DNA of 54,259 bases from Dehalococcoidia bacterium (lineage in GTDB: Bacteria > Chloroflexota > Dehalococcoidia > Lucifugimonadales > UBA3495): assembly GCA_030740155.1 (NCBI GenBank), contig JASLXV010000006.1, forward strand, positions 1 to 54,259, read 5' to 3'. The position numbers were made by a program, and so were the translations under genes. A model generated the notes under the pieces. That model searched no databases. It saw only the letters and a list, made by a program, of their open reading frames with translations, and was not told the origin of the DNA. Positions 18,110 to 27,380 of this stretch are shown here, piece after piece (within the stretch, counting starts at the first letter, position 1; every line of letters starts with the position of its first letter).

Positions 18110-20833
18110 GTGGTCGCACTACTGAACGTGTTCAAACAGCTGAACGTTTGGCAGATCATCGTGCTGGCTTTCGTTCTTTTGGGAGCGGCCAGCGCCACCT
18201 ACGGCGTCTACGACCGGGCCGGCAGCTCGGGCTCGAAAGACCTGGGTGAGGGCCAGCAACTCATACCGGTACAGTACGGCGACCTGGTGAACCAGGTCTC
18301 GACCAACGGCAACCTGACCTTCCCCAACCGGGAGACGCTCACTTTCGGCTCCCAGGGCACCATCGAAGAGGTGCCGGCCAAGGAGGGCCAACGAGTCTCG
18401 GAAGGCCGGGTGTTGGCCAAGCTCGACCAGACCACGCTGGCATCCCTGGAGCAGGCCGCAGCTCAGGTAAGGGTCGCACTCCAAGATGCCGAAGAGGCGC
18501 TCGACGAGATGAAAAATCCTGGAGCCCTGGTCCTAGCCCAGGCTCGGGAGATGGTAGCCGACGCCAAGTTCCAGCACGAACAGACCATCGAGGCCCTGGC
18601 CGACGCCAGGGAGCCCCAAACAGAGCAGGACATCAAGACCCAGGAACGGGTGGTGGCCGACGCCAGGCTGTCCCTGCAGGATGCGGAACAGGCGCTGGCC
18701 GGCCTGGAGCAAGACCACGGCCAGAAGCTGGTCCAGGCACGACGGGACCGGGCCGACGCCAAGCTGGTCCTGGAGCAAGCCCAGGATGCTCTGGACACCT
18801 TCCCATCCGATTATGACCAGCAACTGGCCCAGGCAGGCCAGGCCAAGGCCGACGCCAAGCTGGCCCTGGAGCAAGCGCAAGACACCCTGGCCGACCTCTC
18901 GACGGATCACACACAGGAGCTTATCCAGGCACGCCAAACCAAGGCCGACGCCGAGCTGGCCCTGGAGCAAGCTCAAGATGCCCTGGCCGGCCTCTCGACG
19001 GATTACAGCCAGGAGCTGGTCCTGGAGCGCCAGGCCGAGGCCGACGCCGAACTGGCGTTGGAGCAGGCCAGGGAAGCCGTGAACGACTTCGCCACGGATC
19101 ACGAACAGCAGCTGGTCCAGGCAATTCAAACCAAGGCCAACTCCGAGCTTTCCCTGGTGCAAGCCCAGTCGTCCCTGGACAGCTACGAGCAGACCAACTC
19201 CGGCTGGCTAGACACGGCTCGGCAGGCCAAGATCGACGCCGCGGCCCTTCTCCATGAAGCCCAGGACGAGCTTGCCTCTCTGATCCTCTCGGAGCAAGCA
19301 GGTTTAGCGGGTCTGGCGGTTCATATCGCCCCGGCACAGACCTTGGTGGACCTCCGCCAGGTCGAACTTGATGACGCTCAAGAAACCGTCGCCCAGGTGG
19401 AGCAACTGGAGGCGGCACTGGATCTGGCCCAATCCAACCTGGTACAGGCCCGGGCAGACTTGGCCGTGTTGGAGCAGGGAGCCGACCCGTTGCGACGCCA
19501 GCAACTGGAGGCGGCGGTGGAGCTGGCCCAATCCAATCTGGACGAGGCCCGCGGGAACCTTACCCAGCTGGGGCAGGGGCCGGCCCCTCTAGAACGTCAG
19601 CAGTCGGCGGCGGAGGTGGACCTGGCCCAAGCAACTCTGGCGAAAGCCGAAGCGGACCTGGCCAAGCTGGAAGAAGGCCTGGACCCGCTGCGGCTCCAGC
19701 AGAGCGACGCGGCGGTGGACCTGGCCAGCGCCAAGCTGGCGGTCGCGGAAGAATCGCTGGCGGAATTTGGCGCCGGGGCCGGAACGGCCACGGGAGAGGG
19801 CAATCCGGCCGCCGGCGCGGGAATTGACCCGCTGGAGTTGGCCGCCAGGGAAGCCGAGGTGGCCCTGACCGCCGCCAACCTGGTGGAGGTTGAAGATAAG
19901 CTGGCGGAATTGGAGGCCGGGCTCGACCCTTTGACATTGGCGGTGAGTGAAGCCCTAGTATCCCTGGCGCGGGCAACCTTGGGCCAGGCCGAAGAGGATT
20001 TGGCGGAGCTGCTGCAGGACCCGGACCCCGCGGAGTTGGCGCTAAAGGTGAAGCAGGTAGATTCGGCTCAGGCCGCCCTCGCCCAGGCCGAAGACGACCT
20101 GGCGGAGCTGCTGCGAGGCCCGGACCCCGCCAATTTGGCGCTTCAGGAGGCGGTCATCGCCTCGGCTCGACTGGCGGCGGCGGAGGCCCTACGGCAGGTG
20201 GACGGCGCGAGCCTCAAAGCCCCCATGGACGGCTTTATCTCCGTGGTACACGTAGAGGAAGGGGACGATGTCAACCGCAACTCCCCAATCCTCGAGATCG
20301 TCGATTCGAGCGTCGTGGAGGTCGACGGCATCGTGGACGAGATCGACGTCCGGTTGGTCCAGGTGGGGGCCCAGGCGGTGGTGTCCATGGACGCTTTCCC
20401 CGGCCAAACCCTGGAGGGCATCATCTCTGAAATCGCCCCGGCCGCGCTGAACCAGCAGGGTGTGGTGACCTATCCCATTCGTGTCCAGATGAAGGTGCCC
20501 GAAGGGATGCAGATCCGGGAAGGGCTGAGCGCCGTCGCCAACATCATCCTCAGCCAGGAAAGCGACGTGTTGCGCGTGCCTCAGCAGGCCCTCTACGGCA
20601 GCTTTGAAGCGCCGGTGGTCCGGGTGATGACCAGCAGCGGCATTCAGGAGCGGACCGTGGTTCTGGGCAGCAGCGACGACTTCTGGACGGCGGTCCGCGA
20701 AGGGCTGGCCGAGGGAGACCAGGTGGTCATGGAGGTGACTCAGGCGGCCAGCGACCCCTTCGCCGCCTTCCGCCAGCTACGAGGCGGCTTCGGCGGCGGC
20801 GGTGGCGGCGGCATCGGGCGGGGCGGCAGGTGA
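18110..20833 (+). CDS. MacA/HlyD-like efflux adaptor (membrane fusion protein) with a very long coiled-coil hairpin
   Basis: N-terminal TM, first lipoyl half (GTIEEV..KEGQRV.EG.VLAKLD), about 590 aa of Ala/Leu/Gln/Glu heptads, second lipoyl half (LKAPMDG.I..V.VEEGD.V), beta-barrel VDEIDV..V.VG, and upstream of a MacB-type ABC transporter. Confidence 0.88.
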   Translation: MVALLNVFKQLNVWQIIVLAFVLLGAASATYGVYDRAGSSGSKDLGEGQQLIPVQYGDLVNQVSTNGNLTFPNRETLTFGSQGTIEEVPAKEGQRVSEGRVLAKLDQTTLASLEQAAAQVRVALQDAEEALDEMKNPGALVLAQAREMVADAKFQHEQTIEALADAREPQTEQDIKTQERVVADARLSLQDAEQALAGLEQDHGQKLVQARRDRADAKLVLEQAQDALDTFPSDYDQQLAQAGQAKADAKLALEQAQDTLADLSTDHTQELIQARQTKADAELALEQAQDALAGLSTDYSQELVLERQAEADAELALEQAREAVNDFATDHEQQLVQAIQTKANSELSLVQAQSSLDSYEQTNSGWLDTARQAKIDAAALLHEAQDELASLILSEQAGLAGLAVHIAPAQTLVDLRQVELDDAQETVAQVEQLEAALDLAQSNLVQARADLAVLEQGADPLRRQQLEAAVELAQSNLDEARGNLTQLGQGPAPLERQQSAAEVDLAQATLAKAEADLAKLEEGLDPLRLQQSDAAVDLASAKLAVAEESLAEFGAGAGTATGEGNPAAGAGIDPLELAAREAEVALTAANLVEVEDKLAELEAGLDPLTLAVSEALVSLARATLGQAEEDLAELLQDPDPAELALKVKQVDSAQAALAQAEDDLAELLRGPDPANLALQEAVIASARLAAAEALRQVDGASLKAPMDGFISVVHVEEGDDVNRNSPILEIVDSSVVEVDGIVDEIDVRLVQVGAQAVVSMDAFPGQTLEGIISEIAPAALNQQGVVTYPIRVQMKVPEGMQIREGLSAVANIILSQESDVLRVPQQALYGSFEAPVVRVMTSSGIQERTVVLGSSDDFWTAVREGLAEGDQVVMEVTQAASDPFAAFRQLRGGFGGGGGGGIGRGGR
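18721..19160 (+). repeat. Intragenic 96-bp (32-aa) degenerate tandem repeats
   Basis: GGCCGACGCC(A/G)AGCTGG.CCTGGAGCA recurs at 18751, 18847, 18943 and 19039. Confidence 0.85.
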
Positions 20834-20885
20834 CCGTTACCAGGTGCTTCGTTTGCTTGCTATTCCGATGCGCAAGTTTCTTGAA

Positions 20886-20974
20886 TGTCACCCCGAGCGG
20901 AGCGACGGGTCTCAGGGTCATCCAAGCCGCCCACCCACGGTTCCCCACTCTCCTTCGGAGTGTTCGGGATGACA
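20886..20974. repeat. Degenerate REP-like palindromic element
   Basis: TGTCACCCCGAGC...GTTCGGGATGACA inverted ends in an intergenic position. Confidence 0.5.
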
Positions 20975-21139
20975 TTGGAGAAGCCATCACGAGGGCTGAT
21001 GGCGCCGGGAAGACCTACACAACGGGTGAACCAGCAATCGAGTTCCCACCCGCCCCGAAAAGGGTCTGAGGTGCGCTGGGCTAGGCTCAGCGCACCTCAG
21101 ACCCCCATCAAGGGAGGGGGAGCAATTAGTTGGAATTCA

Positions 21140-21880
21140 ATGATCGAGTTAGAAAACGTGACCAAAATATACCGTATGGGCTCGGTGGAGGTCGCCGCAC
21201 TGCGTGGCGCCAGCCTGTCCATCCGGCAGGGCGAGATGGTGGCTATCATGGGGCCTTCCGGCTCTGGTAAGTCCACCCTGATGAACATTATCGGATGCCT
21301 GGACGTGCCCACTTCGGGAAGGTACTTTCTGGAGGAGGAGGACGTGGGCCGCCTGGGGGACGACCGGCTGGCGGAGATTCGCAACCGGAAGATAGGGTTC
21401 GTATTCCAGACGTACAACCTGCTGCCCCGAATTTCCGCTCTGGCCAATGTGGAGCTGCCCCTGCTCTATGGCAACGGCAGGGACCGGCGCCGGCGCTCCC
21501 TGGAAGCCCTGGAGAAGGTGGGGCTGGGACACCGGGCCAAGCACCGGCCGGCCGAGCTTTCCGGGGGCGAGCAGCAGCGGGTCGGCATCGCCCGGGCGCT
21601 GGTCAAGGACCCTTCCCTCCTCCTGGCGGACGAGCCCACGGGGAACCTGGACAGCCGCTCCAGCCAGGAGATCGTCGCCATCCTCCAGAAGTTGAACCGG
21701 GAAGCGGGGATCGCCGTGGTGCTGGTCACCCACGAGCCGGACATTGCCGCCGCCACCCGCCGCGTCATCTCGGTGCGTGATGGAGAGGTGGTCAGCGATG
21801 AAGCCGTGGCCCAGCCCCGCCAGGCCCAAGCGTCCGGGGAGGGCGCCCGGGCCCCGGGAGACCCGGAGCAGCGTCCATGA
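21140..21880 (+). CDS. ABC transporter ATP-binding protein (MacB/LolD type)
   Basis: GPSGSGKST, IGFVFQ.YNLL, LSGGEQQRV, LLADEPTGNLD and VTHE. Confidence 0.96.
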   Translation: MIELENVTKIYRMGSVEVAALRGASLSIRQGEMVAIMGPSGSGKSTLMNIIGCLDVPTSGRYFLEEEDVGRLGDDRLAEIRNRKIGFVFQTYNLLPRISALANVELPLLYGNGRDRRRRSLEALEKVGLGHRAKHRPAELSGGEQQRVGIARALVKDPSLLLADEPTGNLDSRSSQEIVAILQKLNREAGIAVVLVTHEPDIAAATRRVISVRDGEVVSDEAVAQPRQAQASGEGARAPGDPEQRP

Positions 21881-23124
21881 ACCTGCTCACGACCCTGCGC
21901 ATCTCGCTGTCATCCCTGGGGTCCAACAAGCTGCGGGCGGGTTTGACGCTGCTCGGCATCGTCATCGGAGTGGCGGCCGTCATCTCCCTCATGGCCATCG
22001 GCCGGGGCGTCCAGCAGACGATAACCGAGAGGATACAGGAGTTGGGAACCAACCTGCTCTTCGTGAGGCCCGGTGAGAGCAGCCAGGGAGGGGTTTTCGG
22101 CGGCCAGGGAAGCGCGTCAACCCTGACCCTTGACGACGCCTACGCCCTTTTGGATCCGGTCTTCTCGCCATTGGTGGCCATGGTGGCGCCGGAGCTGACC
22201 ACCTCCGCCCAGTTGGTGGCGGGCCGGGAGAACACCTCCACTCAGGTGGTCGGCGTGACCCCGGAATACGAGTTCGTGCGCAACTTTCCCGTGGCTTCCG
22301 GCCAGTTCATCGCGGCGGGACACGTTCGGAACAACTCCCAGGTGGTGGTGCTGGGGTCCACCGTGGCCGAGACTCTCTTTGGTTTCCGGGACCCGGTGGG
22401 CCAGCCAATCCGGGTCAACGGCCGCCAGTTCCAGGTTATCGGCGTGCTGGAAAGCAAAGGAGGAAGCTCATTTGGCTCCTTCGACAACCGGGTGATGGTG
22501 CCGATCACCACGGCCTACTATCGCCTGGCCCGCCAGCGGACGGCCCGAGGCGGCGTAAGCGTCCAGACGGTCAACATACAGGTGGATGAACTGGGGCAGA
22601 TGGACGCGGCAATGGACGAGGTCGCCACGGTGCTCCGGCTGCGCCACCGCATCACCAGCGACGACGATTTTATCGTCAGCAGCCAGCAAGATACCATCGA
22701 GACCCTGGAGGAGACCACCGAGACCTTCGTGGTCTTCCTGGGCGCCATAGCCGGCATTTCCCTGCTGGTGGGCGGCATCGGTGTCATGAACATAATGCTG
22801 GTGTCGGTAACGGAGCGGACCCGGGAAATAGGGATCCGCAAAGCCATGGGCGCCAAACGAAGGGATATCCTGTTCCAGTTTGTTTCGGAGGCCACCTTCC
22901 TCAGCCTGGGCGGCGGGGGGGTGGGGGTCGCCTTGGGGGTGGTGCTCACCAAGGTGCTGGATGGCAGGACATTGTTTGGCAACTCGCCCACCCAGACCGC
23001 GTTCAGCGCTGACATCGCCATCCTGGCGCTGGTTGTTTCAGCGGCCATCGGCCTGTTCTTTGGCATCTATCCGGCCATGAGGGCGGCGAGGCTGCACCCC
23101 ATCGAAGCCTTGAGGTACGATTGA
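21877..23124 (+). CDS. ABC transporter permease (MacB/FtsX type)
   Basis: NKLR..LTLLGIVIGV, extracytoplasmic domain, VGGIGVMNIMLVSVTERTREIGIRKAMGA and YPA.RAA.L.PIEALR. Confidence 0.96.
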   Translation: MNLLTTLRISLSSLGSNKLRAGLTLLGIVIGVAAVISLMAIGRGVQQTITERIQELGTNLLFVRPGESSQGGVFGGQGSASTLTLDDAYALLDPVFSPLVAMVAPELTTSAQLVAGRENTSTQVVGVTPEYEFVRNFPVASGQFIAAGHVRNNSQVVVLGSTVAETLFGFRDPVGQPIRVNGRQFQVIGVLESKGGSSFGSFDNRVMVPITTAYYRLARQRTARGGVSVQTVNIQVDELGQMDAAMDEVATVLRLRHRITSDDDFIVSSQQDTIETLEETTETFVVFLGAIAGISLLVGGIGVMNIMLVSVTERTREIGIRKAMGAKRRDILFQFVSEATFLSLGGGGVGVALGVVLTKVLDGRTLFGNSPTQTAFSADIAILALVVSAAIGLFFGIYPAMRAARLHPIEALRYD

Positions 23125-23162
23125 GCACCTATCCAACAACTCCAAAGGAGGTCGCTCATGTT

Positions 23163-23273
23163 CCTTCGACAAGCCCAGGACGAACGGATTTCCCCCGCTT
23201 GGGCAGCTCTCCCCCGTTCGTGGTGAACTCCGATTCCATCGAGAGTCTCGATGAAGTCGGACCTGTCGATCCA
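23163..23273. repeat. Composite REP-like element, copy 1
   Basis: CCTTCGACAAGCCCAGGACGAACGG...CCGTTCGTGGTGA[34-nt hairpin]ACCTGTCGATCCA. Confidence 0.7.
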
Positions 23274-23330
23274 TAGTAGCTGATTATTGGATAAGCTCAA
23301 GGTGACTCGCAGATAGAAGGAGATACACTC

Positions 23331-24056
23331 GTGACCAAGTCATTCATGATGATGCTGACGGTATTTGTGGTTCTCGGAGTCAGTTTCGGAGGGACCTTCA
23401 TCGGCGGCGTGGCGCTGGGCAAGAGCCAGGGTAACGACTCATCCGCGGACAGCTCCCCGCTGCGGCCGGCGGCCGGTCTCCAGCAGCAGGGCTCCGACCA
23501 GTCCGGTCAGGGCTTTCAGCGGGCAAACGCCAGCCCGGAAGAGCTTGCCCGTCTCCGTGAGCAGTTCCAATCGGGGGAGCTTGGGCCGGATGACCTGGCT
23601 CAGATCAGGCAGCGGTTCCAATCGGGCGAGGTCTCGCCGGATGACCTGTCCCAGATCAGGCAGCAGTTCCAATCGGGCGAGGTCTCGCCGGATGACCTGT
23701 CCCAGATCAGGCAGCGGTTCGGCCAGGGTTTCGGAGGCCGGGGGGCGTTGACCGGGTCTGTAAACCAGGTCGAGGGGAACACGGTGACGGTAGAAACGGC
23801 CCAGGGAGCGCAGCAGGCAACCATCAATGACGAGACCGTGATCCAGAGATTCGCGGTAGCGGAGCTGGAGGACCTTCAGGCAGGCGCACAGGTAGCCGTG
23901 ATCGGACAACTGGGAGAGGACGGCCTGGTGGTTGCCAGGCTGATCTACATCACTCCGGAGGGCGCCGCGAGCTTCTTTGACGGGAGCTTCTTCTCGGGAG
24001 AACGCCCGCGGCGCGACCGGAGCGCCGGTGGCGGGGACAGCTCCCAGCTAGACTGA
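23331..24056 (+). CDS. Membrane-anchored or secreted hypothetical protein with 17-aa tandem repeats and a C-terminal beta domain
   Basis: AGAAGGAG RBS, N-terminal hydrophobic helix, FQSGE(L/V).PDDL.QIRQ three times (51-bp units at 23564, 23615, 23666), then G.V..VEGNTVTV....G...L.DL..G..V.V.G (DUF5666-like by eye). Confidence 0.8.
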   Translation: MTKSFMMMLTVFVVLGVSFGGTFIGGVALGKSQGNDSSADSSPLRPAAGLQQQGSDQSGQGFQRANASPEELARLREQFQSGELGPDDLAQIRQRFQSGEVSPDDLSQIRQQFQSGEVSPDDLSQIRQRFGQGFGGRGALTGSVNQVEGNTVTVETAQGAQQATINDETVIQRFAVAELEDLQAGAQVAVIGQLGEDGLVVARLIYITPEGAASFFDGSFFSGERPRRDRSAGGGDSSQLD

Positions 24057-24094
24057 ATAACAATTCAGCGGCTCCGGCGGGTTTGAGCCCAAGC

Positions 24095-24186
24095 CCTTCG
24101 ACGATCTATTGGCGAACGGACTTTGCCCGTTCCCGGTGATCTCCAATTCCATCGAGAGTCTCGACGAAGTCGGGCCTGTCGAACCA
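24095..24186. repeat. Composite REP-like element, copy 2
   Basis: CCTTCGAC...GGCGAACGG..CCGTTCCCGGTGA[34-nt hairpin]GCCTGTCGAACCA. Confidence 0.7.
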
Positions 24187-24219
24187 CATCGACAGGTTGT
24201 TGGGGAGAGGAAAGACACA

Positions 24220-24268
24220 AAGCCGTGTTGCCCCAGATATGGTGGGGCAACACGGCTTTCCCTTTTCG
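24220..24268 (+). terminator. Long perfect hairpin, probable intrinsic terminator
   Basis: AAAGCCGTGTTGCCCCA-GATATGG-TGGGGCAACACGGCTTT followed by CCCTTTT. Confidence 0.6.
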
Positions 24269-24467
24269 TTCTCGCGGCGGCCCTCCGCGGCGGGCCGGAT
24301 GCTGGAGCAAGTTTTGCAGAATGCTCGGCAACCGCCTGATACGGCGGTAGCGCGCCGGTTTCACGCCCAAGGGCAGCCCTCGGGAAAAAAACTCGCCAGA
24401 TCGGGCCCTGCCCGCGGCTGGTCAAATCAAGCCCCAAGGCTAAGTATCCCTCGAAGTCCTCTGGATT

Positions 24468-24484
24468 CTTAACCAGAACTTAAA
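24468..24484 (+). promoter_or_regulatory. Putative OmpR-family tandem binding site upstream of the htrA-like gene
   Basis: CTTAAC-N5-CTTAAA with 11-bp period, similar to the site at 15272. Confidence 0.45.
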
Positions 24485-24536
24485 CATTATGTCTTATAAT
24501 GCCCTTGTGGTCCAAGTCACGGGAACCACTAGAACG

Positions 24537-25787
24537 ATGTATGGGATTACCAAATTCTCCGCGCTGGCAGTTACCGCGGCTTCGGCGGTGGTAATCTTGG
24601 TGCTCGCCCAGGCCTGGCTGGGACCTGCCGAGGACGAAGTTGCCGCGGCCTCCTTCCCCACCCTGTTCGACGAAGGGCTGGTGCAGGATATCTACGGCCG
24701 GGTCAGCCCGGCGGTGGTGGTCGTCAAAGCGGACCTCCGGTTCGGCGAATCCTACGGCCGCATCGCTATCGGGAGTGGGTTTCTCATCGATGGGGAAGGG
24801 CACATTGCCACCAACTATCACGTTGTTCGGGGAGCCGACAGGGTGATGCTGGACTTCCAAGACAGCACCACCGCCGAGGCGGCTATTCTGGGAACCAGCC
24901 CCGGCAATGACCTGGCCCTGCTCAAGGTCGATGCGGCTTCGGTGGCGCACATCGAACCGGTCGAGTTGGGCGATTCCTCCGCGGCGAATCCCGGACAAAT
25001 GGCGATCGGCATCGGTAGTCCCTTTGGCCTGGGAGGCTCGGTAACCGTCGGAATCATCGGCGGGATCGACCGGGTCCTGGGCAGCGATATTGCCCGGCCC
25101 ATGCACGGGAATCTACAGACCGACGCCTTGACTAATCCGGGTGATTCGGGCGGGCCATTGCTCAACCGGGCCGGCCAGGTTGTGGGAATCAACACCTCCG
25201 TTCGAATAGAGGACCTGGGGGCCGGCAACCAGCGGGCCAGCCGCCCCATGGGGTTCGCCCTGCCCGTGAATACGCTGGTCCGCCTTCTGCCCAGGCTGAA
25301 AGATAGCCAATCGACAGAGCCCACCTATCTCGGGATAGTCGGCACTCCGGTGAGCGACCTGTTGGCGCGGCGGCTGAACCTGCCGACGAGGACTGGAATA
25401 TACGTGAGCCGAGTCGTTCTCGATAGTCCGGCGCATTTGGCTGGACTGATCCCTTCGGGCACCGTGGGTCAAGCCCAACTGGCGGCAGGTGGGGACACGA
25501 TCATCGCGGTGGACGGGATTCCGGTGGACTCGCTATCCGGATTCTTTGCCGAGCTGGACCGGCACCTACCTGGAACCGATGTTCCTCTCACGGTTTACCG
25601 GGGCTCCGGCAAAGGGAAAATCGTCGTCACCCTAGGTGATTGGCCGGCGGGAGAGAACCCCTTCGCCAAGTACCCAACCTTTCCCTTACCAGGGTCCGCC
25701 GGGACCCACGCAACCCGGTACCCGATGATACCCAACGTTCCCGGGTTCGCTTTCCCGGACCTGTTTCCCTACAGCCCTCCAAACTGA
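24537..25787 (+). CDS. HtrA/DegP-like serine protease (S1C) with PDZ domain
   Basis: N-terminal TM/signal, GSGF, catalytic TNYHVV / NDLALL / NPGDSGG and a PDZ domain (YLGI...SPA..AGL...GDTIIAVDG). The start could also be 24489. Confidence 0.92.
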   Translation: MYGITKFSALAVTAASAVVILVLAQAWLGPAEDEVAAASFPTLFDEGLVQDIYGRVSPAVVVVKADLRFGESYGRIAIGSGFLIDGEGHIATNYHVVRGADRVMLDFQDSTTAEAAILGTSPGNDLALLKVDAASVAHIEPVELGDSSAANPGQMAIGIGSPFGLGGSVTVGIIGGIDRVLGSDIARPMHGNLQTDALTNPGDSGGPLLNRAGQVVGINTSVRIEDLGAGNQRASRPMGFALPVNTLVRLLPRLKDSQSTEPTYLGIVGTPVSDLLARRLNLPTRTGIYVSRVVLDSPAHLAGLIPSGTVGQAQLAAGGDTIIAVDGIPVDSLSGFFAELDRHLPGTDVPLTVYRGSGKGKIVVTLGDWPAGENPFAKYPTFPLPGSAGTHATRYPMIPNVPGFAFPDLFPYSPPN

Positions 25788-25831
25788 CTGGGGCCGTTAC
25801 CCCCTAACGCCCCCGGAGGTTCTCTGCGACG

Positions 25832-25866
25832 ACCGAGCCCTCGACCCCTCCTCGAGGGCTCGGTCA
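25832..25866. terminator. Hairpin between convergent genes
   Basis: GACCGAGCCCTCGA-CCCCTCC-TCGAGGGCTCGGTC followed by ATTTCTT. Confidence 0.65.
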
Positions 25867-25985
25867 TTTCTTCGATCTCGGCCTCAGGCCTAACGGCAAC
25901 TTCCCTCACTTGATTGCCCGGTAGAGCCGGCAAGAGCTTCGACGCACACCGGTCGGCGAGTTGGCGGGGACCCGGGCCCGCCCCG

Positions 25986-27023
25986 CTACAGCGGCAGGGA
26001 GACAACCTGCCCGGTCTGGGCGCTGCGAGTAACCGCCTCGGTCCACTCCATGTAGTGGACGCCGACGGAGAAGGGGGTGTGGGTAACCAATTCCTCGCCC
26101 CTGATGGCGCCGATAAACTCCGCTTCCACCCGCCAGGAGTATTGCTTCTCCGGAGGGTTGGCGATCTCCGAGAGTTCGCTGTCGCCCCGCTTGCCTCCGT
26201 AAACGTTGAGCTTCCCGTCCAAGCGGAGGGTGCCCTCGCTGCCGTACAGCCAGACCTCATTGCCCGGCGACAGCCCGGTGACGGCGCTGACCCGCAAGTG
26301 GGCCTGGGCTCCATCGGCCAGCCGGCACAGGACATCGACGTGGTCGGGGATGGTGATGCCGACCCGGTTTCCATCGTCGTCATTCCGGAAAGGCACTGTA
26401 ACCGTGGTCATGGCCATTACCTCGGTCGCCCGGCCCACCCACCGGATCATCGCCTCGTACCAGATGCCCATATTGAGGATGTTGTAGCCACTCAGGTCCC
26501 GGTCATTGCGCCAATGGAGGGGGCCGTCAAGGTCCACAAAACCGGGGGCCAGTGCCTGCAGCTCAACCGCCAGCAGGTTTCCCAGATAGCCGTCGCCAAT
26601 TAACTGATTGAGCAGGCCGTCCACTTTGAAACTCAATGGGGAAGGGACAATCTGGCTCACCAGATGGGGATTGGCCCTGGAGGCGGCCAGCATGTCGCGG
26701 GCCTCCTGGGCGGTGGTGGCCATGCGCGCCTCGCACAGCACGTGCTTGTTCTTCGCCAGCGCGGCCAGGGTGATGGCACGGTGCATGTAGGGCCAGGTGC
26801 CGATGCAGACGGCATCGATGCTATCGTCTTCCAACAGCGCTTGCCAATTGTCATAAACCTGAGGGATGCCGAACTGTTCCGCCACCCGCTGCCCCGACTC
26901 GCGGCTGCGATTGGCCACGGCGACGATTTCCACCTCCTGGATCTTCTGAAACCCGGGTATATGACGGTCACGGGTGTTGCGCCCCGCGCCGATGAGACCC
27001 ACTCGGACAGTTCCGTTGGACAT
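25986..27023 (-). CDS. Gfo/Idh/MocA family oxidoreductase
   Basis: VRVGLIGAG, IDAVCIGTWPYMH and KHVLCEARMA. Confidence 0.92.
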   Translation of the reverse strand: MSNGTVRVGLIGAGRNTRDRHIPGFQKIQEVEIVAVANRSRESGQRVAEQFGIPQVYDNWQALLEDDSIDAVCIGTWPYMHRAITLAALAKNKHVLCEARMATTAQEARDMLAASRANPHLVSQIVPSPLSFKVDGLLNQLIGDGYLGNLLAVELQALAPGFVDLDGPLHWRNDRDLSGYNILNMGIWYEAMIRWVGRATEVMAMTTVTVPFRNDDDGNRVGITIPDHVDVLCRLADGAQAHLRVSAVTGLSPGNEVWLYGSEGTLRLDGKLNVYGGKRGDSELSEIANPPEKQYSWRVEAEFIGAIRGEELVTHTPFSVGVHYMEWTEAVTRSAQTGQVVSLPL

Positions 27024-27380
27024 GGGAAACCCCCTTAGAGTTGTGTTGGCAAGCCGGATTATGCGACGCAGCACGGCCGGCCTGCCGGGATCGGCTCCTG
27101 CCAGCCGTCCAATACCCCAAATTATAGGGCGGAGTCTGCCGGCAGTCTAGGAGAGATGGGGTTGCGGGCCCTCACCCGGACCCCGGCTGCGCCGGAGTCG
27201 TCCCTCTCCCAAAGGGCGAGGGCTTGGCGGAATGAAACGGGTGAGGCCACGGAAGAGCGGTTGCCGGCCGGCGTGGGGCAACCTACAATACTGGCGAAGG
27301 CGGCCGGCACTCTGCCGGTCATTGGGAAACGATTCCGGATCCGAGGCCCGGTCCGGCTGGAGCTGAAGCTCGAATCGATC

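Noticed and set aside
18721..23720. CRISPR array from the repeats in the adaptor and accessory genes
   Set aside because: The repeats are in-frame coding units with no unique spacers, and there are no cas genes.
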